DNA of 63,787 nt, filler included, from Phoronis australis (lineage: Eukaryota > Animalia > Phoronida): NCBI GenBank assembly GCA_002633005.1. It is 7 parts of 7 records of this genome, joined end to end, with 100 filler letters (N's around TTAATTAATTAA, not from the genome) between each part and the next. Parts side by side here need not be neighbours in the genome. Positions count along the whole stretch, not along the records: positions 44,099 to 53,693 come from NMRA01001801.1; positions 53,794 to 56,799 come from NMRA01003280.1; positions 56,900 to 62,074 come from NMRA01002404.1; positions 62,175 to 63,787 come from NMRA01003916.1; 3 more parts are not named here. One strand, given 5' to 3'. Shown here piece by piece: positions 52,960 to 63,787 of this stretch (the first letter of the stretch is position 1; each line of letters begins with the position of its first letter). The translations under genes and the position numbers were made by a program. The notes under the pieces are model-generated. The model saw only the letters and a list, made by a program, of their open reading frames with translations. It did not search any database and was not told the origin of the DNA.

Positions 52960-53693
52960 ATATGATTTAATATCCACCTTTTTCAGCCTCCTTGTTCAAT
53001 ACTACCAGGAAGAGATTCTCTTCCTGATATCACGTATAAGTTTTTTTTACTAACTCTAGGTTTTTTATCATTCCAAACAAAATTGAAGTGTTGCTCTCAT
53101 TTATTGTATTGACATCTGGATTGGACAGAGAGAGTGACATACAGGTATGCGTAATTTTTGGTAGAGCTAATGTTTTAATTACTATAATTTTCCCTAATTG
53201 TGTCAAGGGCCTACAACTCAAAGTTTTGAGAAAATTTTAATTCCTAAAATTGTTGGTTTGAGATTAATTGACGAGATATCGTGAAGATTTTTATTAAATT
53301 GAATTCTTAGGGCTCAAATTCTGTTATCCAGTCTAAGTTATTTTCTTTACAAAACAAAAGATTCTCTCATTGATCCTATCCACATAACTTTTGTTTTATG
53401 AAAATTAAATTTCAAATCGGACGGTTCGTAAACCATTGCAAAGTTATCAAGCACTTTTCAAAAAGCTTTCGGAACAAATCAAAAATGATGTTGTGCCAGC
53501 CGACCACTGTGTAATCTTAAAAAGTTCCTGCCCTATTTTAATACCTTTCACATTTTCGTTGTTTCTGATTGTTTGAGATGAAATTTAAACACACAAAATA
53601 AGAACATAAGGTTATATAGGATCGCCCTGGGGACAACCTCCGCGTAATCTGAAAACATTTTGACAAAGAGCCACTTGGAATATGTAATGAATT
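52960..53693 (-). mobile_element. Decayed L1/Tx1-clade non-LTR retrotransposon ORF2 (reverse transcriptase) fragment
   Basis: Minus-strand motifs with stops and frameshifts: GCPQGDPI*PYVLILCV...IRNNENVKGIKI; RPLTQLGKIIVIKTLALPKITH; IWNDKKPRVSKKT; EQGG/LKKVDI. Confidence 0.85.
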
Positions 53694-53793
53694 NNNNNNN
53701 NNNNNNNNNNNNNNNNNNNNNNNNNNNNNNNNNNNNNTTAATTAATTAANNNNNNNNNNNNNNNNNNNNNNNNNNNNNNNNNNNNNNNNNNNN
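53694..53793. other. Artificial scaffold spacer
   Basis: 44 N + TTAATTAATTAA + 44 N. Confidence 0.95.
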
Positions 53794-54209
53794 GGAGGTC
53801 GGGAGGGGGGGTTGCTAGTGACCCACTATTCAACTGCTGTGTTTTACTTTTAGCACGTCAGCGTCATAAGAGCAACGTGTAAATAAAATCATTCTAAAAA
53901 ATCTAAATGAATAATCTTTGAGTTAATTATGATGTAGTTGCAATTATTAGCATAGTCTTTTAAGGTAGCGTTCTCTGAAATTTCAGACAGTATAGTTTGC
54001 AGGTATTACTGTACTTAAACATTGATGTTGAAAACCTTTTTAGTTAGATATATTCAGATGGATAAGTACAGGTTTGCATGATACATCTTCAATTATAACA
54101 TAAGCCCCTGGAAAGCTTTAAGTAAATAATTTGAAGATGATGTTTGTAATTCTTCTGTTCTCGGAATGCTTTCATGTTTGTTTATTGTGTGTGTCTTCTT
54201 AATTTCCAG

Positions 54210-54408
54210 GTAAAAAATCCTCAAGTAGCTACATTCTTCACCAATAGAGCGCTCTGTCATCTTAAACTTAAACAATGGACACATGCTTTGCAAGACTGCA
54301 AACAGGCTTTGGAACTTGATAAAAATCTGGTGAAAGGACATTTCTTTTATGGCCAAGCCCTGTTAGAGTTAGAAATGTTTGACGAAGCAATTGCTTCCTT
54401 GACAAAAG
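54210..54408 (+). CDS. STUB1: E3 ubiquitin ligase CHIP, TPR-domain exon
   Basis: ttccag|GTA...AAAG|gtaggt, 199 nt. [66 protein letters not shown] matches CHIP TPR2-3 (TNRALC..., ALELD...VK.HFF.GQ). Confidence 0.95.
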
Positions 54409-54633
54409 GTAGGTTCAAACTGAAGAAAGAAAATTTTGCTGTTGGTTCATATCTGAAAATTGCGTTCGGTTTTACCACATGCTGGATTTTTGATTTAGGG
54501 TATGATACAAGTACACATTCCAACTGCTGCAAATAATTTGAAGTATTAAAGTCATGTATTGCCATGCGTATTTTGTAAAAGTTATGTGTACAGTAATTCT
54601 TATGCTTTATTGTCTGTGTGTACCATATTACAG

Positions 54634-54799
54634 CCCACAATCTCACCAAAGATCAAAGACTTAACTTTGGCGATGAAATAACAGGTGCCTTAAGAAATGC
54701 AAAGAAAAGGCGTTTTGCTCTTGCTGAGGAAAAGAGACTTCAAGAAGAAATTACTTTGCAAACTTATTTGTTGGAGCTAATCGACAATGAAAGGCATAG
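54634..54799 (+). CDS. STUB1: CHIP helical linker exon
   Basis: ttacag|CC...CATAG|gtaagt, 166 nt, phase 1 to 2. AHNLTKDQRLNFGDEITGALRNAKKRRFALAEEKRLQEEITLQTYL matches CHIP EQRLNFGDDI.SALRIAKKKRW. Confidence 0.95.
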
Positions 54800-55903
54800 G
54801 TAAGTCAAATTGTGGGATTTTGTTTTTAGCATTTGAAGTGTGTGATTGGTTGTTAACTCTTTGTGTTTGTGAGATACCAGTTACTGAAGCTTATAACAAG
54901 TATGTCCTTTACTGCGATCTTTAATTATCCAGTGTTTCATTGGACGGTTTAGCCTGAAAGCACAGTTGGTTCTAACCTACACACACACAAACACATGAGC
55001 ATTATTAAAATTGCTATGAGCCCACACTTACGCTTGATTTTGATCACAAACTGGTCAAAGCTTGTCTCACCTTGTGTCACATTAGAAATTCAGGAGATTT
55101 GAGAGTTTGTTATTCCTCAAGACCAGTTTCGACCTCTTGGCTTAGTCTGGTGTGTCATTTTATGTACCAAGTGCATAACGGCCGTTCTAGTACTCTAGAA
55201 TGGGGCTATTCGGAGAATTCTCCTCGCGGTGTCGCTGCTGTACTAGTGGTGATTGAATTGCGCATGCGTGGCTGTCTGCATGTAAACAAATGGTAAAAGA
55301 TTGAATTTTTATCAANTGATATCCTAGATCCGCCACTGTATTACTGCTAATTTCCTTGGTGCAAGTCTTCGACAGGTGGCCACAAATTTCCAAAAGACCT
55401 AAGGTTACTATATTCGTGTACAATTGCGGTCAACAAGGTCAACTAACTGACAAAAAGTGTATGGATGCTGAAGTCCCGTGTGTGCTCTATGACTATGCAG
55501 TTCCATTCGTAGACTACACAACATTACTTGGTAAGTTTTTAGCAATCAGTTTCTATCAACATCTTTCGGTGATGTTATCCCCCCCAGTTACCCCACTGAA
55601 TAACAGGTTTATTGAGTGGAACTAAGTGTTTCTTTTTGGAAACTCACCCGATGCCGGGTAGGCTAGCAGCACATATTCATATTGTCCTGGGTGGGAGTGC
55701 TCCCAAAATAAGAGGTGTATGGTACGTGATGCAAAGAAGTCAACAATGACTTTTTCACAGCAGTTTCTCTTCAAAACTATGCTTTTTCCAATGAAATTCT
55801 CTAGATTAGTGAGTTTCCTTATTTTATCGTGGACCCCACCCCCAGGACAACCAGCTCAGTTATCGAATTAACATGAATAAGCCTTAATTCAGTAAATGTC
55901 ATT

Positions 55904-56371
55904 ACATTGCATTGGAAAAAATTGACACCTAGAATGAATTTTACTTGTTGAGATCAGAAGCACGTTTTAAGTGTCATGAAAAATACACATTGTTAAATCA
56001 CTTTTAGCCTGTTTCACAAATTTTAATTCAGATATTAAATACTAAGACTTGGGTACAAAGGTTATTAGTTTCTACACTTAAACATCAAGATGAAATGTCA
56101 AGTATGTTCTGCGTTACAAAAGTAGTTTTGTCAAAATGTCGTAACATTGCATTGGAAAAAAATTGACACCTAGAATGAATTTTACTTGTTGAGATCAGAA
56201 GCACATTTTTAAGTGTCATGAAAAATACACATTGTTAAATCACTTTTAGCCTGTTTCACATATTTTTATGCAGATATTAAATAAGATTTGGGTACAAAGG
56301 TTATTAGTTTCTACACATAAACATGAAGATGAAATGTCAAGTATGTTCTGCCTTACAAAAGTAGTTTTGTC
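55904..56371. repeat. About 230-bp diverged tandem duplication in the STUB1 intron
   Basis: ACATTGCATTGGAAAAAA...AAAGTAGTTTTGTC at 55904-56132 and 56144-56371; no n at the junction. Confidence 0.85.
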
Positions 56372-56799
56372 TTGTCTTTTCTTTTACAATTTTCTAATAT
56401 TTCTATTCTGTTACAGGCAAGAAAAAACAACTGACCATCTATTTCACCGTTGGACAAAGTGAAAAGCAATCCTTCAGCAATAACCTGAGAGAATTGGAAC
56501 CTAATTCAGTAATTCAGCACCTGATACGCCTGATTATGGACTCCCTCGCAATGTTGTTTCTTTCTGTGCTTTTTCAGTTTGCCATTTGTTTTTAAATACA
56601 CTGATAATTGTTTGTTCTGGAATCTTGTTTATAGCAGCTAGCTACAATTGAAAACATACAATAAGACAATCGATGCAGTCAATGTCATTTCCCCATAATC
56701 TGTACCAAATTGAAAAGTTTCTGCCAATAGTATAAAGCCTTTCTTCTGAAAGGAAAATCTAATGTCACTCAGCTTTTGGCTTTCATTTCACTGGGTTCT

Positions 56800-56899
56800 N
56801 NNNNNNNNNNNNNNNNNNNNNNNNNNNNNNNNNNNNNNNNNNNTTAATTAATTAANNNNNNNNNNNNNNNNNNNNNNNNNNNNNNNNNNNNNNNNNNNN
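56800..56899. other. Artificial scaffold spacer
   Basis: 44 N + TTAATTAATTAA + 44 N. Confidence 0.95.
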
Positions 56900-58232
56900 G
56901 TTATTTTATAACTAACCGTCGAAAATAGTCCTTTTGTGTAATTCACAAATAGTGGACTTCACGTTTTTCAAAATTCCACCCTTTCGATGGCGGTCAATTC
57001 TATTGTATTTTGTTCACACTTTTTGGTTGTTTGGGTCGAATGTCTTGATACTGCTGTGCTGCATGGGCACGAATATTTTGTATTTTTTATGAATTTGGAA
57101 TCTCAGTTCCCTCGTGAATACCTGGAAGTGTTGGATTTACATGTAAAGAGGGTCAAAGCGACATTTCCCCCGAACTGCTTCACCGAGAGAGGGTCCCGTC
57201 TGAAATTGGACACCTTAAGATGAAAGGCTAAACATCATTAAACTTGGAAAACGCCAGTGACAGTTCATTCCACCGGTGTGTTGTCACGAAACGATGCAGG
57301 ATGTGACCTTCAACATGAAAGCCGGTTGCACGATTTCACAAAAAGCAGCAAAATGGAGGTAATCGATTCCAACATTAGACCCTCTCTTCGTGAGCGGCCC
57401 CTTTAAAATTTGTCAATAAAAACACAAAAAGGATGGCCACTTGAATATCGTCAATGCCCTCCTTCAAGGGCGGGGTCCCTAAATATGAAAATATCTATTT
57501 TTTTCGAAAATAAGGAAATGCACAGCAATTGATGTTATCTGTCAGGTTATCAAATGTTCTCAAGTGATATACAGTTTCGACAAAAAATAAGGCGAATGTT
57601 GTCGCCGTTATCACTTGTCAAAGAGGAAAAATATCATGGTTTTGCATTCGCAAAAACTGACTTATTGAATTTAAAAATCCAATAAATTAGTACGCTCCGC
57701 AAGAGCTTCACTTTACAAATTTTCTCGATTTTTCGAAATATATGTACGAGTATGAATGATTACTTGCACATTTTCAAGTGCGTTTAGACGACCTGTGCAA
57801 AAACGGAGACCCTAACATTGTCCTGACCAGGGTCCTCAAAAGGTAAACCATGCACTGTTGTTAAATGTTCTCTTAGAATTAGAATTTTCTCTCCTATGCG
57901 TATTTCGCAGTTTTTCTTTTCTCTATTGGCACGCCNTTCCTACGGTCCTGGATAGATGTGGCCGCTTCCTGGCGCCCCCTCACCTTGGCGTTTATGCTGG
58001 TGCGCGCCTTAGCGGCCACACGAGGGCGCTGCAAAAGAATGTAACTGGAGGACTAACCACCAGGAGGCAGGCGACAGACGTAAACTTCCCGAGTTGAAAA
58101 AAGCTGGCCGAGGTGATGTGGCACCGGGAAGCATGGAAACATCCAGATTGAAAATGGGAAATAGCCTGAAGGCTTTCTAGAGACAACTTTTAGACGACCA
58201 CCAACTCGATTGCAGCACAGAATTTGTGAAAA

Positions 58233-58358
58233 ATGCGTCGGCAGTGTAAATTCAAAGTGTTGCTGCTTGTCATCGCCGGGTGTTGGATGGCTGTGATTTT
58301 TTACTTTGGAACTCGTTTAATGAGTTCGAGAGCAGGCGACAAGACTGTTAAGTTGCAG
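58233..58358 (+). CDS. Probable first coding exon of a polypeptide N-acetylgalactosaminyltransferase (type II signal anchor)
   Basis: aaaATG; MRRQCKFKVLLLVIAGCWMAVIFYFGTRLMSSRAGDKTVKLQ|gtgcga. Basic tail plus hydrophobic helix as in GALNT2; phase 0, compatible with the 61948 exon; CpG-rich upstream region. Confidence 0.65.
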
Positions 58359-60258
58359 GTGCGAAAGTAGAATGCACTGTCTAGTGCTAAGGTTGTCATA
58401 TTGTTATTTTCTGAACAAAAACTGCCAAATTTCACTTAATCATCATTTTTTCTTGTTTGTCTGTCAGTTGATTGCACTTTTTGGTCCACCAATCCTGTAC
58501 TAGTTTGTATACTGGGGAACCCAATGTTCGTCCGCCTAAGCATAAAACCGACTTGCTGTTGTACTCACCGAATTATTCCACTTCNCTGTCTAGTGCTAAG
58601 GTTGTCATATTGTTATTTTCTGAACAAAAACTGCCAAATTTCACTTAATCATCATTTTTTCATGTTTGTTTGTCTGTCAGTTGATTGCACTTTTTGGTCC
58701 ACCAATCCTGTACTAGTTTGTACAACTTGGTAGTCCCCATTGGTATTTCGCCAACCTATAGACGACATATTTATATACAGTCTATTAATGACTCTTTCCA
58801 TCCTTATTGATGAAGTACAAGTTGTGAACATGGCGAGAGTTTCTATAACGTATAACGACAAGAGATAATTGTAGTGTCTTAATATTCAAACCACATAAAA
58901 TTCATATAGAACACGTAAACTCACAAGAGGCTATGCTTGAGTTGATTCTGAATAATTATGCAAATCCTTGATGGCACTGGGCCTATTGATTTTTTGGTGA
59001 AATCGGACACACAATTGCAACATGGGAGCTCATTATTTTCGATGGACTTTCAAATTCGTAAAAACAGCGGCGCTGCAACCAAGTCACATACAGGTCGTCT
59101 TGTCAGGCATTACCTATGGACGGAGATTAGTCCTGTGGGTCGTGGCTGGTCGAACAACTTTTAAAGTTATGTAGGATCCTGAAATAATGTCCAAATTTAG
59201 CTGACTTCGGAACATCATATCTCAGAAATGGCTGATCGGATTTCTGTAAAACCCTCAGGTGCTTTGCTTTATGCACTGGTCTCCAAAATGCTTGTAGGCA
59301 TGGTATTGTTTTTTAGAATGATACGCTTTTACAAGAGTGGCTATCAAATAGAGGACTTTTGTGATTTTTGGAAAAAACTCAAAAGTTTCAGAAAATGAAA
59401 TGAAAATTGAGGAAACTGTTAGCATTTTGGAGATTTCATCTTGGTTAATTATATTAATTGAAGCTTGATCATGTCATTTATACCATTGTACCTTTCTTTT
59501 TTTCTAACAAGACATAGTCACATGACCCAATCAATGGCAAATTCTGTTGACTTAATACGATTCAGAAAATATACACTTTTTCTGAGTTGAATTCTATAGT
59601 TTTGTGGATTTTTGACTGAATGATTGTACAAACTTGTTGGTAAAGTTCTATATAGACTACTGTTCTTGTTGCAAGTCCAAACATTTGTTGAATGCCTTTG
59701 ACGTCAAGTTTTTAACTTCATTTCTTTCAATTGAATACAATTCTACCGTTTTGCACAATAATTGTAACCATACTTGTGCAAGAAATCCGAGTACGTTGAA
59801 TTTATCAGCACTGGCAAACATGTGATGATAGGCGAACTATCTCAGTGCATGAGTGTATTGTCATCTGCATAGTTCGCACTTGCCCTTGAGAGTGTAAAAG
59901 ATGTTGATAAAAACATTGAACAGCAGTGGACACAGAATAGAATCTTGGGACACCTTTAGAAGCAGGGTGATGATTGCTTTGTATGTTTTTAATTTTTTAT
60001 TTTGATGGCTCAAATAAATACGAAATTAGGAACGAATATGTATTCCGTGCGCAACCATAGGCACCAAATTTAGACACTAGTAAGGAATGGGGACGATAAA
60101 GTGAAATGCTTTGGATAAGTCAATAAATAAGCATCCCTCATAGAGACTTCTCAACTAAAGCCTTTCCTTAGTGAAGATACAAAAGTGTTTGTGTTTACAA
60201 TTTGGTCAAGGCGATACTAGATGTTGAGTGATGTTTCGTGTGTTCTGATAATCTAGCC

Positions 60259-61500
60259 TTTTTTTATGCACCCACATATTTATATGTGGACGCATTATGC
60301 CGTCATCTCCGTCCGTCCGTCCGGGCGGCGTCCGTCCGTCCGGGCGGCGTCCGTCCGTCCGGGCGGCGTCCGCTGCTCTATCTCCAAAACCCTTTGACAT
60401 ACGTTCATGAAATTTGGCACATATGTTCCATTTATGAATGGGACGGCATGTGCGAACTTTCGGACGGATCCGACTACCGGTGTGCCCCTAGTGGCAATTT
60501 TAGTTTTTTACGCTTACCTTTGTATCTTCAAAAGTCNNNNNNNNNNNNNNNNNNNNNNNNNNNNNNNNNNNNNNNNNNNNNNNNNNNNNNNNNNNNNNNN
60601 NNNNNNNNNNNNNNNNNNNNNNNNNNNNNNNNNNNNNNNNNNNNNNNNNNNNNNNNNNNNNNNNNNNNNNNNNNNNNNNNNNNNNNNNNNNNNNNNNNNN
60701 NNNNNNNNNNNNNNNNNNNNNNNNNNNNNNNNNNNNNNNNNNNNNNNNNNNNNNNNNNNNNNNNNNNNNNNNNNNNNNNNNNNNNNNNNNNNNNNNNNNN
60801 NNNNNNNNNNNNNNNNNNNNNNNNNNNNNNNNNNNNNNNNNNNNNNNNNNNNNNNNNNNNNNNNNNNNNNNNNNNNNNNNNNNNNNNNNNNNNNNNNNNN
60901 NNNNNNNNNNNNNNNNNNNNNNNNNNNNNNNNNNNNNNNNNNNNNNNNNNNNNNNNNNNNNNNNNNNNNNNNNNNNNNNNNNNNNNNNNNNNNNNNNNNN
61001 NNNNNNNNNNNNNNNNNNNNNNNNNNNNNNNNNNNNNNNNNNNNNNNNNNNNNNNNNNNNNNNNNNNNNNNNNNNNNNNNNNNNNNNNNNNNNNNNNNNN
61101 NNNNNNNNNNNNNNNNNNNNNNNNNNNNNNNNNNNNNNNNNNNNNNNNNNNNNNNNNNNNNNNNNNNNNNNNNNNNNNNNNNNNNNNNNNNNNNNNNNNN
61201 NNNNNNNNNNNNNNNNNNNNNNNNNNNNNNNNNNNNNNNNNNNNNNNNNNNNNNNNNNNNNNNNNNNNNNNNNNNNNNNNNNNNNNNNNNNNNNNNNNNN
61301 NNNNNNNNNNNNNNNNNNNNNNNNNNNNNNNNNNNNNNCCCATGGCTGTATCTCCCAAACCGTTTGCAGGATCTTTACTAAATTTAGCAAGTGTATTTAT
61401 GTGATGTTGACAACGGACGATGACGACTTTAGGATGATTCTGACTACCGGTATGCCTCTAGTGGCAATTTAAGTATTTTACATTGACCTCTGTATTTTCA
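60259..61500 (+). mobile_element. Helentron-associated non-autonomous element (HINE/DINE-1/pearl-like) with internal tandem repeats spanning a gap
   Basis: T-run, TTATGCACCCAC with nearby imperfect inverted copy GTGGACGCAT, a (GTCC)n microsatellite, then related core units on both sides of the gap (GACTACCGGT.TGCC.CTAGTGGCAATTT at about 60472 and 61442). The 3' end is not located. Confidence 0.65.
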
Positions 61501-61947
61501 TAGGTCTTCAGGTGTATACTTTGCGTTACTTCGTGACTATGAAGGAAAAGTTCCGAGTAGAAATTTGTTTCTGGCATTCTAATGCTGTGCTAATCTCGTA
61601 TGTTGGTAAATTTGTTTTTAATTCTATGTTTCTGTGGTGCTTTAAGCAACTGATGTATAGGATGTGCTCACATTTTGACCCTAGCCTATTGAGGAGACAA
61701 TGACCATGCCTTTCCATTTTGCAAAGTACAACATACTACATATATGCCCTCTGGCCACTTTATGGTACCAATAAACAACCCTAGAAGGATACCGTATACG
61801 GTGCAGTTGTGGGCGCATTTCAACGTTCTGCGTTGCTCTTGTTCTAATGCCATGTAGTAAAAATGTGTAAATTGTGTAATGAACACCACGTCTAAGTCAC
61901 TTAAAATTTAAGTGTAAATGTCAATAATTCTAACATTTTGTTCTTAG

Positions 61948-62074
61948 AAACCTAGATTTAATGAAGAAAAGTACATTGTTGCGACAGCCGACAAAGATGT
62001 TAAAGATCCGTACCAGGCTCATGCGTTCAATGTGGAGAGGAGTAACAGAGTACCTGTCAACAGACAGATACCTG
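61948..62074 (+). CDS. Polypeptide GalNAc-transferase (GALNT2/14/16 subfamily) stem exon, truncated by scaffold end (not in the ORF track)
   Basis: ttcttag|AAA; KPRFNEEKYIVATADKDVKDPYQAHAFNVERSNRVPVNRQIP matches F....Y........DPY....FN...S......R.IPDTR. Confidence 0.88.
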
Positions 62075-62174
62075 NNNNNNNNNNNNNNNNNNNNNNNNNN
62101 NNNNNNNNNNNNNNNNNNTTAATTAATTAANNNNNNNNNNNNNNNNNNNNNNNNNNNNNNNNNNNNNNNNNNNN
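62075..62174. other. Artificial scaffold spacer
   Basis: 44 N + TTAATTAATTAA + 44 N. Confidence 0.95.
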
Positions 62175-63072
62175 GTCCTAGCTTGGATAGCAGATAAGAC
62201 ATTTGATCGTTTGGTTGTTTGATTAAAGTAATCTTTAAAGAGGGCGCTAGTGTAGTTTCTCTTTGTAGTTGATTATTTAATTAACAATAGGTTTCATTTG
62301 TCTAATTAGGGGTTATCATATAATAAATTAATTACTGGATTTGATTATTCACTCTCCATCTACGCACAACTTCAAAGCATAGCTACCTTTTAAACAAACC
62401 CACACAGACTATCGTCTGACAGGTGGATTGTTTTATTCGTTTGTAACGCGTTCCAGCAATACCTGGCAAAATGATTAGACCTTATAGAAGGTCATCTGCC
62501 ATTTGACCAATTTTAAACCACCCTTTGTATTAGAAAATTTCATTATTAAATGTGTTTCCACCAGTCCATCCATTCTTGTTTGCTATGATCCCTCGGTTAT
62601 TAATACCACTAAGAGCTAGCCAGATTCAAGACATTTGCCATACAGGAATCTTCTCGTCAATAGCAAATGTTGCTTGTGTCGATTTCGCTGCATAATATAG
62701 ATAATGCTGAGCGCATAATTGCTTTCTTATTCGCCATACGAACGCGATGTAAATTTACATTTACACCCAGGTGTAGATTAGCGTATGTGGTGTATATTTA
62801 CGAACCGGTGTAAAAGTGCTGCATGTAAACGGGGCTTTAGCGGTAGTCACATTTTCGCGGTATCATACAGCTTAATGTTGAAATCCTTATTTGATTTGTA
62901 GAATAAGAAATTTATTTGTTGTTTATTTATTCAAGGTGTAGACTTAATTCAAAAGACATTTACTATTCAAGGCGTTCGGGTTCGCTTGGACATATGGTGA
63001 GTACCAGTTATGATCCGAAAAATGCTTTACATTTATTCGTTAGATGACAGGTCGCCAACCGTCTTTTCTAGC

Positions 63073-63073
<1 letters not shown>

Positions 63074-63118
<45 letters not shown>

Positions 63119-63143
63119 NGTGCGTGTGTGCGTGTGTGTGTGT
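63074..63143. repeat. (GT)n microsatellite
   Basis: Direct reading. Confidence 0.95.
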
Positions 63144-63427
63144 AAAAAACCCATTGATCCAGATGACCGTAAAGCGTTCCCCAGTTTCACACGAAATGGA
63201 CGCCAACATTATTATTCGCAAGTTAATCTTTCGTTACGTGCATAGTGAATGTTTCGAAATGCTGTGGAGAAAAAAATTCCAGACCTCCACAGCGTGGATA
63301 TGGCTAGGTGTGTATTCTGCACTCACGTCTGCCAAATACACGCCCAGCTGTACTCATACAAGAAACGTTATCAATAAAATATGACAAAATTTCGGATTTT
63401 TTTAAAAAACCCTCTACCCCACACCTC

Positions 63428-63505
63428 ACGACCCCCTCGACCCACGACCCCCTCGACCCACGACCCCCTCGACCCACATCCTCGTCGACCCACAACCCCG
63501 TCGAC
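63428..63505. repeat. About 15-bp C-rich tandem repeat
   Basis: ACGACCCCCTCGACCC-type units, about 3 clean copies plus degenerate ones. Confidence 0.8.
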
Positions 63506-63787
63506 ACACAACTAGTGGCAATAGATGTATCTTTGCGCTTTTTACATATTTTATACCCATATTAAGTCGCTGATTGACTTTCCCATAACACTAACCTACA
63601 CGAGAATCTACTCTGGCTCAAGTCTGGTGGTTTAAAACAGAAAGTGGCGTAAGAACTTGGTCTGAAATAGCGAATTGTGAGCGTGCTATCGGTCACGGAA
63701 ATAGTTGCACCAGCGGCTAACAATGGCCCAGTTCTACTAAACTAAGGGAGAGAGTACATTAACTTTTTATTATTTGCTTTCTGTTGT

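Noticed and set aside
60238-61404. Long ORFs of 240-388 aa here and at 33636-34529
   Set aside because: Their length comes from runs of N.
25894-62074. FAK-ILVBL-STUB1-GALNT as a co-oriented gene cluster
   Set aside because: Each fragment sits on a different scaffold separated by artificial linkers.

Overview
AT-rich, intron- and repeat-rich animal DNA; the repeat families and intron-rich genes suggest a marine invertebrate (inference). The window is not contiguous. Six 100-nt spacers (44 N + TTAATTAATTAA + 44 N) join seven apparently unrelated scaffolds, and several near-identical duplications flank single 'n' bases and are probably assembly artefacts. All recognisable spliced gene fragments are on the + strand: focal adhesion kinase FERM-domain exons (PTK2/FAK), the first two coding exons of ILVBL/HACL2, two internal exons of STUB1/CHIP, and the 5' part of a GALNT2/14/16-type O-GalNAc transferase. 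There is also an unrecognised TATA-driven candidate gene encoding a short hydrophobic-leader peptide. The rest is minisatellites, LINE remnants and non-autonomous DNA transposons. Most notable are three unrelated TIR elements that all have CA...TG ends and exact 5-bp target-site duplications (one carries a tRNA-like Pol III cassette), and a fold-back element with 272-bp TIRs and a 9-bp TSD. No prokaryotic systems, CRISPR arrays or intact transposase genes were seen.
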